Of a DNA stretch of 64,000 bases, positions 9,089 to 21,341 are shown piece after piece. The notes beneath the pieces were generated by a model. That model saw nothing but the letters and a program-made list of their open reading frames with translations, searched no databases and was not told the DNA's origin. Location: assembly GCA_963822965.1 (NCBI GenBank), contig CAWGJT010000014.1, positions 416,001 to 480,000 of the forward strand, given 5' to 3'. Source of the DNA: an uncultured delta proteobacterium. Its GTDB lineage: Bacteria; Myxococcota_A; UBA9160; UBA4427. Numbering within the stretch: the first letter of the stretch is position 1; each line of letters starts with the position of its first letter. Position numbers and translations under genes: made by a program.

Positions 9089-10578
9089 ATGACCACAGAG
9101 CTCGCAGCGACCGCCGCAACCTCGAAGGGCCGCGACCTCCGCGTCGTCATCATCGGTGCCGGCATGTCCGGGATCCTCGAGCGCGATCAAGCTCGAGGCG
9201 GCCGGCCTCGAGAACTTCGTGATCTACGAGAAGGCCGACCGCCTCGGCGGAACCTGGCGCGAGAACACCTACCCGGGCATCGCCTGCGACGTGCCCTCGC
9301 ACTTCTACAGCTACTCCTTCGAGCCGAACCCCGAGTGGAGCCATCGCTTCTCGCCGGGGCCCGAGATCCAGGCCTACTTCGAGGACGTCGCCCGCCGCTA
9401 CGGGGTGGACTCGCGCATCCGCTTCGGCCAGGAGGTGACGCGCTGCGCGTTCGAGGGCGGTCGCTGGCGGATCGAGACTGTCCGACGGATCCACGGACGA
9501 GGCCGACTTCGTCATCGCCGCGACGGGGGTCCTGCACCACCCCCGCCATCCCGACATCGAGGGCCTGGACGTCTTCGAGGGGGCCTGCTTCCACAGCGCG
9601 CGCTGGGACCACGGGGTGGCGCTCGCCGGCAAGCGCGTCGGCGTGATCGGAACCGGCTCGAGCGCGATCCAGATCGTGTCGGCCCTCGTCGACCAGGTCG
9701 CCGAGCTCACGATGTTCCAGCGCACCGCCCAGTGGATCACGCCCGTCGAGAACCCGCCGTACAGCGGGGAGGAGAAGGCCGAGTTCCGCAGGCGGCCCGA
9801 GGCGATGCGGGAGATCCGGGAGCAGATCTCCCGGGCGTTCACCGACGGCTTCGCCAACGTTCTCGTCGACGAGAAGTCTCCCCTGCTGAAGGCGATCCAC
9901 GACCTGTGCGTGTCGAATCTCGAGAAGAGCGTCGCGGACCCGGAGCTGCGGGAGAAGCTCCGCCCCAGCTACCGGGCGGCCTGCAAGCGCTTGATCATGT
10001 CCGAGAACTTCTACGAAGCCATCCAGCGGCCCAACGCGAAGCTGGTGACGGAGCCCATCGAGCGGGTCGAGAAATCCGGCGTGCGGACCCGGGACGGGCG
10101 GCTCCACGAGCTCGACGTGCTGGTGCTGGCCACGGGCTTCCAGGTCGATCGCTTCGTGCGGCCCATGGAGGTGATCGGGCGGGACGGCGCGGTCCTGGAC
10201 GCCGTGTGGCAGGACGGGCCGTTCGCCTACATGGCGCTCTCGGTCCCCGACTTCCCCAACTTCTTCATGCTGAACGGCCCGAACTCCCCCGTTGGGAACT
10301 TCTCCCTGATCGACGTTGCGGAGCTGCAGCTCGAGTACGTCCTGCAGCTGGTGGAGCGCGTTCGAACCGGTGCCTGCTCCGAGATCTGCGCGTCGCGGGC
10401 CGCGATGCAGCGCTTCGACGCCGAACGCAAGCAGGCGGCGCAGACGACCATCTGGAACACCGGCTGCAAGAGCTGGTATCTGGACGGCGACGGCCTGCCG
10501 ACCGCTTGGCCGTTCACCTTCGACCGCTTTCGTGAGGAGATGAGCGCCCCGCGGCTCGAAGACTACGAGATGCGCTGA
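9089..10578 (+). CDS. Flavin-containing (Baeyer-Villiger-type) monooxygenase, two apparent frameshifts (~9178, ~9480)
   Basis: GAGMSG, GGTWRENTYPGIACDVPSH, FHSARWDH (FxGxxxHxxxW), GTGSSA, LATGF spread over three successive frames. Confidence 0.85.
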
Positions 10579-10591
10579 AGAGGAGCCCCTG

Positions 10592-11389
10592 TTGAATCCC
10601 GAACACTGCCTGGTCGAACGCGAAGGCCACGTGCTGACCGTCACCCTGAATCGCCCGGAGGCGAAGAACGCCCTCTCCAGCGGGATGCTGGCGGGCATGT
10701 ACCGGGCCTGGCGCCTGCTCGACGACGATCCCGAGCTGCGCGTCGCCATCCTGACCGGTCGCGGCGACGTCTTCTGCGCCGGCGCCGACCTGAAGGCGAT
10801 GGGAGGCGGCGAGCGGGACGAGGAGTTCCAGAAGCTGATGGCCGAGGTGCCGGACCTGCACTGGCAGGCGCTGCTTCGCCACAACCGGCCGATGAAGCCC
10901 ATCATCGCGGCGGTCGAGGGCTTCGCGGTGGCGGGCGGTACCGAGATCCTGCAGGGCACCGACATCCGGGTGGCCGCCGTGGACGCGACCTTCGGCGTCA
11001 CGGAGGCGAAGCGCGGGCTCTTTCCGCTGGGCGGCAGCAGCGTGCGCCTGCGCCGCCAGATCCCCTACACGCTGGCGGCCGAGATCCTGCTGACGGCACG
11101 CCACGTCACCGCGCAGGAGGCCCTCGATTTCGGTCTCATCGGCCGCGTGGTACCGAGGGGCCACGCGCTGGCCGAGGCGAAGGAGATCGCAGCGGTGATC
11201 TGCGAGAACGCGCCGCTCTCGATCCGCGCGCTGATGCGCATGCTGCGCGAGATCGACGAGAGCTACAGCGAGGCCGACGCCCTGGCGAAGGAGCTGGAGA
11301 TCGGCGGCCCCGTCTTCGCGACCCGGGACGCCCGGGAAGGCCCGCGCGCCTTCGCGGAGAAGCGCAAGCCCGTCTACACCGGCGAGTAG
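10592..11389 (+). CDS. echA19: Crotonase/enoyl-CoA hydratase, EchA19-like
   Basis: [56 protein letters not shown] closely match my recollection of actinobacterial EchA19. Confidence 0.8.
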   Translation: MNPEHCLVEREGHVLTVTLNRPEAKNALSSGMLAGMYRAWRLLDDDPELRVAILTGRGDVFCAGADLKAMGGGERDEEFQKLMAEVPDLHWQALLRHNRPMKPIIAAVEGFAVAGGTEILQGTDIRVAAVDATFGVTEAKRGLFPLGGSSVRLRRQIPYTLAAEILLTARHVTAQEALDFGLIGRVVPRGHALAEAKEIAAVICENAPLSIRALMRMLREIDESYSEADALAKELEIGGPVFATRDAREGPRAFAEKRKPVYTGE

Positions 11390-11490
11390 TGGGGGCGGTC
11401 CGCGGCCGGGAGCGAGTCGCCGCGGCGGGCTCCGCGACGCCCTGCGGAGACGGCGCGAAACCGTGGGCACGAGGGGGCATCACAGGCTTC

Positions 11491-12204
11491 GTGCGACGAA
11501 TCCTGCCGGTCCTGGTGCTTGCCTCGAGCCTCGGCTCGCTTGCCGTTCGGGGTGACGAGGTGGCCTCCGCGACCGCTTCCGCCGCCTCCGCGACCGCCGC
11601 CTCCGCCTCCGCGACCGCCGCCTCCGCCTCCGCGACCGCCGCCCATGCCACCTTCGCCGGCGGCTGCTTCTGGTGCATGCAGCCCCCCTTCGAGAACCTT
11701 CCCGGCGTCGTGGACACGACCGTCGGGTACACGGGAGGCTCGCTGGCCCACCCGACCTACGAGCAGGTCTCCGCCGGCGGAACCGGGCATGCCGAGGCGA
11801 TCGACGTCGTCTACGACCCGAAGCAGATCCGCTACGAGCAGCTTCTCGACGTCTTCTGGCACGACATCGACCCCCTCACCCGGGACGCGCAGTTCTGCGA
11901 CCACGGGCGGCAGTATCGCACCGCCATCTTCTATCACGACGAGACCCAGCGCCGCCTGGCCGAGGCGTCGAAGCGGGCGCTCGAGCAGTCGGGTCGGCTG
12001 CCGGGGCCGATCGTGACCGAGATCGTGCCAGCCGGGCCGTTCTGGCCGGCGGAGGAGTACCACCAGCGCTATCACGAGAAGAATCCGGTCCGCTACCGAT
12101 ACTACCGCTGGAGCTGCGGCCGGGACCGCCGCCTGCAGGAGATCTGGGGCGCGGACGCTCCCGCCGGGTCGGACCCCCCGGCCGAGCCCTCGCGAGCGCC
12201 CTGA
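11491..12204 (+). CDS. msrA: Peptide-methionine (S)-S-oxide reductase, exported
   Basis: [15 protein letters not shown]...[26 protein letters not shown]-terminal signal-like segment; start approximate. Confidence 0.93.
   Translation: MRRILPVLVLASSLGSLAVRGDEVASATASAASATAASASATAASASATAAHATFAGGCFWCMQPPFENLPGVVDTTVGYTGGSLAHPTYEQVSAGGTGHAEAIDVVYDPKQIRYEQLLDVFWHDIDPLTRDAQFCDHGRQYRTAIFYHDETQRRLAEASKRALEQSGRLPGPIVTEIVPAGPFWPAEEYHQRYHEKNPVRYRYYRWSCGRDRRLQEIWGADAPAGSDPPAEPSRAP
11563..11643 (+). repeat. In-frame 21-nt tandem repeat (~4 copies) encoding an Ala/Ser/Thr linker in MsrA
   Basis: GCCTCCGCGACCGCCGCCTCC-type units. Confidence 0.85.
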
Positions 12205-12270
12205 AGCCGTGACGCCGCGATGGATGCGCGTCGCGCTGAAGATCCTCGCCGTCGCGCCGATAGAAGGCGC

Positions 12271-12678
12271 ATGCACGCATTCTTCTTCCTGGCGCGGCGC
12301 GAGGATGCCCTGGGCGTCACCTCGAGCCACGACCTGTCCTGCGAGCCCGCGACCGAAGCGCTGCGCGTCGAGGAGCCGTCTCCGCTGGCCGGTCTCGGCC
12401 ACGTGCTCGAGGTGAGGACGGGCCCCCGTCCCCTCTGCGACGCGACCTGCCGGTCGTTTCCCGTCTGGGACCTGGGCCGGGATCTCACCCGGAAGATCGG
12501 CGGGCTCGACGACGCCGAGATCGACGACGCGGCGGAGCGGTGGCAGAAGCACGACGAGACGAGCCTGGACGCCGACCTCTACGAGCTCGTCACCTGCCTC
12601 GGCGACCTGCGGGATGCCGTTCGGGCCGCCGAGGAAGGCGAGCGCCTCTTCGTCCTCCTCGAGGAGCGGGGCTGGTAG
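12271..12678 (+). CDS. Hypothetical acidic protein
   Basis: MHAFFFLARREDAL..., genome-typical codon bias, GAAGG upstream. Confidence 0.65.
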   Translation: MHAFFFLARREDALGVTSSHDLSCEPATEALRVEEPSPLAGLGHVLEVRTGPRPLCDATCRSFPVWDLGRDLTRKIGGLDDAEIDDAAERWQKHDETSLDADLYELVTCLGDLRDAVRAAEEGERLFVLLEERGW

Positions 12679-12694
12679 CACGCGCCCGGACGGA

Positions 12695-14504
12695 TCAGGG
12701 CCAGCTCCGATGCGCGGCTCGCGCGGCGGCTTCGCCGTGGGCGAGGGCGGTCGCGTTGCGGAGCGCCACCGCCATGATCGTGAGCGTCGGATTGAAGGCG
12801 CCCGAGGTGGGGAAGACCGATCCGTCGCAGACCACGACGTTCGGGGCGTCGTGCATGCGGCCGAAGGGGTCCACGACCGATTGGTCCGGGTCGTTGCCCA
12901 TGCGCAGGGTGCCCGACTGGTGCCGCGTGTTGACGGCCACCTCCGAGCGGACGAGACCGACGCCCGCCGGGTAGAAGAACGCGTGGTCGGCGCCCGTCGC
13001 CCGGCAGATCCTGCGCAGGCGCAGCCCCCAGTACATCGACGCCAGCCGCTCGTGGCGGTGCAGCGAATAGGTGACCCGCGCCACGGGCAGGCCGTAGACG
13101 TCGCGCACGTCGGGGTCGAGGTCCACGCGGTTGCCGAGCTGGGGCAGGTCCTCCCCCAGCATCTGCATGCCCAGCAGGCGGTCGCGCAGGGGCGAGGATG
13201 CGCATCAGATCCTTGTGGTTGGCGCGGCGCAGGAAGGGGATCTCGTCGTAGGTGTTCGCCTCGTCCAGCAGGTTGGGGGATCCGCCCACCTCCACGACGC
13301 CGCCCCGCAGCCAGGGCACGCCGGACCAGCCCGCCCAGTCACGCGTGGGGACGCAGGGTTCGAGCATGAAGTGGCTGGCGGCACGGCCGCGGTGGGGATG
13401 CAGGCGCTGGGGCATGACCGCGGCCGCGAAGGTGGAGGCGTGGAAGCACAGGGTGCGGCCCACCCGGCCGCTGCGGTTTCCGAGACCGCGCGGGTGGCGA
13501 GCACCGGTGGACAGCAGCGCCAGGCGTGCGCTCTCCACGGCCGAGGCGGCCAGGACGACGTGGTCGGCGTCGATGGCCGCGGGCTCCAGCTGGTCTCCCG
13601 CCAGGTACTCCACCCGGGCGGCGCGTCCAGACGCATCCGTGACGATCCGTGTCACCATGGCGCGGGTCACCAGCCGCGCGCCCGCCCGCATCGCCCGGTG
13701 CAGGAAGGTGACGGCCGCACCCGCCCGCGCGTTGATGGGGCAGCCGTAGCGCGAGCAGTAGCCGCAGTTGTGGCAGACCGGCCGGTCGTCGTAGACGCGC
13801 GAGTTGATCGCCTCCGGGGCGGGATGCACCTCGTAGCCGAGGCGCGCCGCGGCCTCCCGGAAGACGAGCGCCGAGTACATGGGCGGGTTGGGGGGCAGCG
13901 GATAGGGTCCGCGGGGCGCCTCGGCCCGGGCGAAGGCGGGCGTCGCCTCGAGGTCGCCCGCCACCCCGAGCAGCTGCTCGCAGCGCTCGTACCACGGGGC
14001 GAGCTCTTCGTAGCCGAACGGCCAGTCCACGACGTCGGCGTCGTCCACCGGGCCCAGGCGGGAGCGCAGCGCGAAGTCGAGCCGGAAGAACCGGGGCGTC
14101 TTGGCGTCCCAGTGGGTGGTGCCGCCGCCCACGGTCGCGGGCAGCAGGTTGACGTCGCCCGTGAAGCTTCGCGCGACGCCCTCGAGCTCCTGTTCCCGGC
14201 TGCGCAGGGTGCGTGGCTCGGCGAAGGCGTCCATCCCCGGCCACCCGCGCGCCTCGCGGATCTCGTCGCCGCCGAACTCGGGCAGCCCGAGGCCGCTCGC
14301 ACTGCCGAGACCGCGGAAGTGGTTGCGCCCCTTCTCGAGCACCGTGACCTCGAAGCCGGCCTCGGCCAGCACCCAGGCCGCCGTGGCGCCGCCGGCTCCC
14401 GAGCCGATCACCACGACGTGACCGCTAGCGGAGGGAGCCCGCTCGGCTCCCGTTGCGGCGGAGCCGCGACCCGGGACTTCGTCGTGGGTGGCGCCCCTAG
14501 GCAT
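12695..14504 (-). CDS. GMC-family oxidoreductase flavoprotein subunit, one apparent frameshift ~13199
   Basis: VVVIGSGAGGA, VGGGTTHW, DWPFGYEELAPWY, CHNCGYCSRYGCP Fe-S motif, then EDLP..NRVDLDP, HQSGTLRMG, DGSVFPTSGAFNPTLTIMA in the next frame. Confidence 0.88.
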
Positions 14505-15318
14505 CGCCCGGCTCCTCGACGGGAAGCCCCAGCACCTCGCGGGCGCGCGCGCGGGCCCGGGCCACCGCTTCCGCCTGGTCCGGGTCGGGGCTCGCGATCT
14601 CGGCGCGGGCCCAGGCGCGCGGCTGATGGTCACCGGGCCAACGGGTGTACGCCCAGCCCACGCGCTCGCGGTTGCCACCGTACTCCGGCGCTCCGTACAT
14701 CCCCTGCAGCGTGTGGCGGAAGGCCAGCTCGAGAAATGCGTCGTCGGGCCCGCCCGGGAGCCAACCCAGTGCGAGGCTGCGGCCCGTGTATCCGAGCTCC
14801 GCGAAGGGCGCGCGCAGCCAGCGCCGGGCCGAGGCGTCCAGCGCATCGAGCCCCGAGACGTAGATCGCCTGCCAGCCGCGTACCGGTCCGTTCCACTCGC
14901 GTTCGGGCAGGCCGCGGCTTCCCTCGATGCGCGTCCGCCACACCCGCTCCTCGAGGGCGTCGAGACGGATCCAGTTCCGGAAGTAGTCGGGACCGCCGCC
15001 GTCGCGGTTGCTGAAGGGTCCGCCGGCGAAGATGTGCGGCTGCTCCAGCAGGAAGGCGCCCAGGAGCAGGTCGATGTAGTCCGCCACGCCCGCCTCGGCG
15101 GCGCCCGGGTCCGGGTCGTCCGGCGGGCCGGGAATCCAGTGGGCGCACAGCGCCCGCAGGACTCGCAGGCGCGGGGAGGAGAGGAACACCCCGGCGCCCT
15201 CGGGCCGGGCGGCGCGGTCGTCGAGGATCTTCGCGAGCGCCGTGCCGGGCATCCCGGCCAGCAGCGCGAAGTCGCCGGTGAGTCGCAGGAACGCTCGGCG
15301 GTTGAGCGGCGGCGTCAC
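14497..15318 (-). CDS. Gluconate 2-dehydrogenase subunit-3-family (Tat-exported small subunit)
   Basis: NRRAFL twin-arginine signal, PGAAEAGVADYIDLLL, TLQGMYGAPEYGGNRERVGW; overlaps GMC start. Confidence 0.85.
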   Translation of the reverse strand: MTPPLNRRAFLRLTGDFALLAGMPGTALAKILDDRAARPEGAGVFLSSPRLRVLRALCAHWIPGPPDDPDPGAAEAGVADYIDLLLGAFLLEQPHIFAGGPFSNRDGGGPDYFRNWIRLDALEERVWRTRIEGSRGLPEREWNGPVRGWQAIYVSGLDALDASARRWLRAPFAELGYTGRSLALGWLPGGPDDAFLELAFRHTLQGMYGAPEYGGNRERVGWAYTRWPGDHQPRAWARAEIASPDPDQAEAVARARARAREVLGLPVEEPGDA

Positions 15319-15431
15319 CCGTCCAGTCTATGCCAGGGCGCGGCAGGAGAGCGACGCAAGGGCGCTTGACGCGGGCGGGGGACTTCCGCCAGCATCCGAA
15401 CTAGGCTTCGCCCCCCCGCCGGAGCGCAGCC

Positions 15432-16499
15432 ATGGCCTGGATCCGCAACCGCCCCACCGGTCTCGTGTATCGAGACGCCGACCAGGCGTACGACGGCTAC
15501 GCCCTCGTGCCCCAGGGAGATCGGGTCCTGCTCGTCGACGGGGCGGGGGAGACGGTCCACCGCTGGCCCGCGCCGGCCGGGCTGTCGTACGCGAGGCTCC
15601 TCTCCGACGGCTCCCTGCTGGGTCTCGTGGGCGGTGATCCCAAGGCGCCGCCGAAGATCGCCAACGGCGAGATCTTCGGGATCGTGGAGATCGACCCCGA
15701 CGGCGCGGTCGTCTGGAAGTACGACGGCGACCTGCTCCACCACGACGTATGGCGACTGGACGACGGGAGCTACCACGCGCTGGGCTTCGAGCCCCTCTCC
15801 CGCGAGCTGAGCCAGGCCATCCGCGGCGGCTGTCCCCACGAAGACGATCCGGAACGTATCTGGGGCGACACCATCGAGCACATCGGTCGAGACGGCAGCC
15901 GGGAGACGGTGTGGCGCGCGGCGGACCACCTGGACCCCGAGACGCAGATCCTGTGTCCGCTCGACCCGCGGAAGGAGTGGACCCACGGCAACTCGATCCG
16001 GGTCATGCGCGACGGGAGCTGGCTCGTGAGCTTCCGGATGACGAGCACCGTGGCCAAGCTCGATCGGCAGAGCGGCGCGGTGCTCTGGTCCTGGGGCCCC
16101 GGGATGACCTCGCACCAGCACGACGCCCGGGAGCTCGAGAACGGGCACATCCTGCTCTTCGACAACGGCGTCCATCGCGCGCGGGCGCCCGGCTTCGCGC
16201 GGGTGGTCGAGGTGGATCCCGGAACCGACGAGATCGTGTGGCAGTACGTGGATCGGACCATCCTCGCCTTCCAGTCCTTCATGGCGGGGGGTGCCCAGCG
16301 TCTTCCGAACGGCAACACGTTCATCACCGAGGCGGCGACGGGGCGGCTCTTCCAGGTGACCCCCGGCGGCGAGACCGTCTGGGAGTGGGTGAACCCGCAC
16401 CTGGCGGACACCGTCTTCGGCCCGACCCCGGTCGTGTTCCGGTCCCACTGGTACGGCCGGGGTGATCCCCGTCTGCCGGCGGCGGTGCGGGGCGCGTAG
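15432..16499 (+). CDS. Aryl-sulfate sulfotransferase (ASST)-like beta-propeller, no signal peptide
   Basis: HHDVWRL, WTHGNSI, HQHDARELENGHILLFDNG, GGAQRLPNGNTFITE. Confidence 0.85.
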   Translation: MAWIRNRPTGLVYRDADQAYDGYALVPQGDRVLLVDGAGETVHRWPAPAGLSYARLLSDGSLLGLVGGDPKAPPKIANGEIFGIVEIDPDGAVVWKYDGDLLHHDVWRLDDGSYHALGFEPLSRELSQAIRGGCPHEDDPERIWGDTIEHIGRDGSRETVWRAADHLDPETQILCPLDPRKEWTHGNSIRVMRDGSWLVSFRMTSTVAKLDRQSGAVLWSWGPGMTSHQHDARELENGHILLFDNGVHRARAPGFARVVEVDPGTDEIVWQYVDRTILAFQSFMAGGAQRLPNGNTFITEAATGRLFQVTPGGETVWEWVNPHLADTVFGPTPVVFRSHWYGRGDPRLPAAVRGA

Positions 16500-16547
16500 G
16501 CCGCCGTCGCGATCGCCCCGGGTCGAAGCCCGGTGCTCGGGTGGCGC

Positions 16548-17468
16548 TCAGGACCCGGCGGCTGGGCGCCGCAGCCGCCCGAGCAGCCAGGCGTGCACCG
16601 GGACGAGGTCGAAGAAGACCAGGAAGACGATCGGGATCATCAGGAACATCACGCCGAGCAGCACGAAGTTCGCGACGTGGAAGCCCGCCACCACCAGCAG
16701 GAAGACGAGCCGCCAGCGCCAGTCGCGAATGAGCAGGATGAGGGGGAAGCCGGCTTCCATTGCGAACGTGAACCATCCGAGCACGTCGAGGAGCAGCGGC
16801 GAGCGCGCCAGCCCCAAGGCCAGGGGATCGACGGCGAGATGCCCCAGCTCCACGCCGCGCAGGGTCGCGCGCTCGTACAGGATCTCCTGGATCTTGGCGC
16901 CGCCTTCGAACCAGGCGAAGCCCGACATGCGCAGCTTCGCGATCACCGCCCAGAAGTAGAAGCTCGCGACGTAGAGCTGCATGGTCTTGATCGGCCAGCT
17001 CGCCTCCCACTCCGCCAGCGGGGCAGGCTTCCGCCTGCGGGCGTCCACGGAGTGGACGTCGCCGCAGCGGGACACGAGCAGCAGGAAGAGCATGTGCACG
17101 GGCATCAGGTATCGGTGGTGGACGTCTCCGGCGAAGCTGTCACGCACCCCCTTCAGGTAGAAGATGCAGAGGATCACGGCGAGGATGGCGCTGTAGGTGA
17201 AGCGCCCGAAGATCATGGCCAACGTCGCCACCAGCAGGAGCACGAAGACGATGGGGGTCAGCAGCGGGACGTGATCGTGGATGCCGAGGAGCTCGAAGTA
17301 CCAGATGGGTCTCGTGAAGCGGAACGAGACCCCGAACGGATCGAGCGCGAAGACGAGATCGGCAAACTGCGAGACGTGGAAGGCCAGCAGCCCGCATCCG
17401 AAGTAGATGCGCAGCAGGCCCAGGCTCTCGGCCTGGAAGCCCCGGTAGACGAAATCAGCTGCCTTCAC
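16548..17468 (-). CDS. HTTM-domain (vitamin-K-dependent carboxylase/SdpB-like) membrane protein
   Basis: LGLLRIYFG, VHHRY, SVDAR, WPIKTMQLYVASFYFWAVIAKL..SG..W, FHVANFVLLGVMF. Confidence 0.7.
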   Translation of the reverse strand: MKAADFVYRGFQAESLGLLRIYFGCGLLAFHVSQFADLVFALDPFGVSFRFTRPIWYFELLGIHDHVPLLTPIVFVLLLVATLAMIFGRFTYSAILAVILCIFYLKGVRDSFAGDVHHRYLMPVHMLFLLLVSRCGDVHSVDARRRKPAPLAEWEASWPIKTMQLYVASFYFWAVIAKLRMSGFAWFEGGAKIQEILYERATLRGVELGHLAVDPLALGLARSPLLLDVLGWFTFAMEAGFPLILLIRDWRWRLVFLLVVAGFHVANFVLLGVMFLMIPIVFLVFFDLVPVHAWLLGRLRRPAAGS

Positions 17469-17961
17469 GCTTCCAGCGCTCGTCGTATTCGGTGCGCCAC
17501 TCGTGCTCGGAGCGGCGGAGGACGCGTTTCTCCACCTCCAGGTCCGACTTGCGCGCCCACCAGAACTCGGCCTCCGATTCCACCTTCACGATGAAGTCCG
17601 GATCGCCGGGAGAACGCCCGAGGGTGCGATTCAGGCTGCGCAGCACCCGGTAGGGCCACTGGTCCGCGGGATTCTGTCCGAAGAGCCGCTGCCGGTAGAG
17701 GCGGCGGAAGTGACGCTTCGCGATGTTCAGGTCGGCCCGGGTCACGTAGGCCACCGTGCCGTCTTGCTGGGTGACGCGGAAGCCGCGCTTCGTGGCCTCC
17801 CGGTCTGCGCCCCGTACCTCGATCCGGTCGCTGGGCCGGTACCGGCTGTACATGGGCACCCAGCTGAGCGGGAAGCGGTCGATCTGGAAGACGACGGCGC
17901 TCCACGTCACGATCCAGTAGATCGTGAGCCCCCATCCCACCGTCCGGCGGCGGAGCTTCAC
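17455..17961 (-). CDS. Membrane-anchored hypothetical protein, partner of the HTTM protein
   Basis: N-terminal TM, FPLSWVPMYS motif; stop overlaps HTTM start. Confidence 0.65.
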   Translation of the reverse strand: MKLRRRTVGWGLTIYWIVTWSAVVFQIDRFPLSWVPMYSRYRPSDRIEVRGADREATKRGFRVTQQDGTVAYVTRADLNIAKRHFRRLYRQRLFGQNPADQWPYRVLRSLNRTLGRSPGDPDFIVKVESEAEFWWARKSDLEVEKRVLRRSEHEWRTEYDERWKREGS

Positions 17962-18153
17962 CGGGTCATCCGGCGGCGCGGGCGAAGGCGGGAAACGCCG
18001 GCACCGCCGGGGGGAGGGTGTGGTCCGTCGGTCTCTGGGGCCCGGGAAGCGCGGTCACGGCGGCAGCATACTCCGGGGCGCCTTTCTCGCCACGGCTCGC
18101 GGGTGCCGGCGGGAGAGCTTGCGGAGCGAGCACACGGCCACCATGATCCCGAG

Positions 18154-19581
<1,428 letters not shown>

Positions 19582-19668
19582 CCCGATCCCGCTTCTTCCC
19601 CGTTCCGGGCGGCCGATCGATCGGATCGGGATTGCCCGCATCCGCCCCCGAACCTCGCCGGAACCCGA

Positions 19669-21301
19669 ATGATCCACCTGACCCACGTCACCAAGCAGCA
19701 GGGCTCGCGCGTGCTCTTTCGCGACGCCAGCTTCCAGATCCTCCCCGGTGCCCGCACCGGGCTCGTGGGCCCCAACGGCGCCGGCAAGACGACGATCTTC
19801 CGATTGATCGCGGGCGAGGACGACGCGAACGCCGGCCAGGTCACGTGCGCGAAGAACACGGTGATCGGGTACTTCTCCCAGGACGTGGGAGACATGGCCG
19901 GCTGCAGCGCGCTCGCCCAGGTGATGAGCGCTTCCGCCGACGTCGTGCGCCTCGGCGAGGAGATCCGGGCCATGGAGAGCGCCATGGCCGAGCCCCTGGT
20001 CGACGACGAGATGGCCGCGTTGCTCGAGCGCTACGGAACCGCCATGGAGGCCTTCGAACATCGAGGCGGCTACGAGCTCGAGAGTCGAGCGCGCACCGTG
20101 CTGACGGGCCTCGGAATCGGTCCCGACGACCACGCCCGGCCGGTGGAGAGCTTCAGCGGCGGGTGGAAGATGCGAATCGCCCTCGCCGGCATCCTCACCC
20201 AGAACCCCGACGTGCTGCTGCTCGACGAGCCGACGAATCACCTCGACGTCGAGTCCATCGTCTGGCTGGAGGAGTGGCTGCGGAACGAGTTTCGCGGCGC
20301 GGTGCTGCTCACGACCCACGACCGGGAGTTCATGAATCGTCTGGTGTCGCGCATCCTCGAGGTCGCGAACCAGGCCGTCACCCTCTACAACGGCGGCTTC
20401 GACTTCTACCTGCGCGAGCGCGAGATTCGCGCCGAGCAGCAGCGCGCGGCGCACAAGCGCCAGCAGGACATGCTCGCGAAGGAGGAGGAGTTCATCGCCC
20501 GCTTCGCGGCTCGCGCCTCGCATGCCGCGCAGGTGCAGTCGCGCGTGAAGAAGCTCGAGAAGATCGAGCGTGTGGAGGCGCCGCCGGATCCCAAGACGAT
20601 CCGCTTCGAGTTCGCGGCGCCGCCGCGCAGCGGTGACGACGTCGTCTCCTTCCGGAGTCTCGCGAAGACCTGGCCCGCCGACCCCCAGGTCGGAACCCGC
20701 GAGACGCCGGTGTTCCACGGGGTCTCCGGTACGGTCTCACGCGGGGACAAGATCGCGGTGGTCGGGGTGAACGGCGCCGGGAAGTCGACGTTTCTCAAGG
20801 TGCTGGCCGGTGAGACGCCGGCCTCGGGCGGCGATCTCCAGCATGGGCGCGAACGTCGGCGTCGGCTACTTCAGCCAGCACGCCATGGAGCGGCTCGTCG
20901 CCGGGCGGACGGTGCTCGAGACGCTGCAGGACGCCATGCCCCAGGCGAGCATGGGAGCGATCCGTCAGCTCGCGGCCGCGTTCCTGTTCCAGGGCGACGA
21001 CGTCGAAAAGCGGACCGAGGTGCTCTCCGGCGGCGAGAAGACCCGCCTCGTTCTCGCCACGCTGCTCGCCCAGCCCCACAACCTGCTGGTGCTCGACGAG
21101 CCCACGAACCATCTCGACCTGCTCTCGCGCGAGATCCTGCTCGAGGCGCTGCAGCGCTTCGCGGGCACGGTCGTGCTCGTGAGCCACGACCGGCACTTCC
21201 TGCGCTCGCTCGTGGGCCGGGTCTTCGAGGTGGACCACGGCGCCATGCGCGCCTACGAAGGCGACTACGACTACTACCGGGGCAAGGTCGCCGCGGCGTG
21301 A
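19669..21301 (+). CDS. ABC-F family ATP-binding protein, one apparent frameshift ~20838
   Basis: Two ABC domains: GPNGAGKTT/FSGGWKMR/LLDEPTNHLD and GVNGAGKST/LSGGEKTR/LVLDEPTNHLD; no TM segments. Confidence 0.9.
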
Positions 21302-21341
21302 GCCGCGCGTGCCGGGGAGACGCTCCCCGGGGTCGCGCCGC

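Noticed and set aside
9170..9490. Programmed ribosomal frameshifting in the BVMO (also GMC and ABC-F)
   Set aside because: No slippery heptamer or stimulatory structure seen, and errors cluster regionally across unrelated genes
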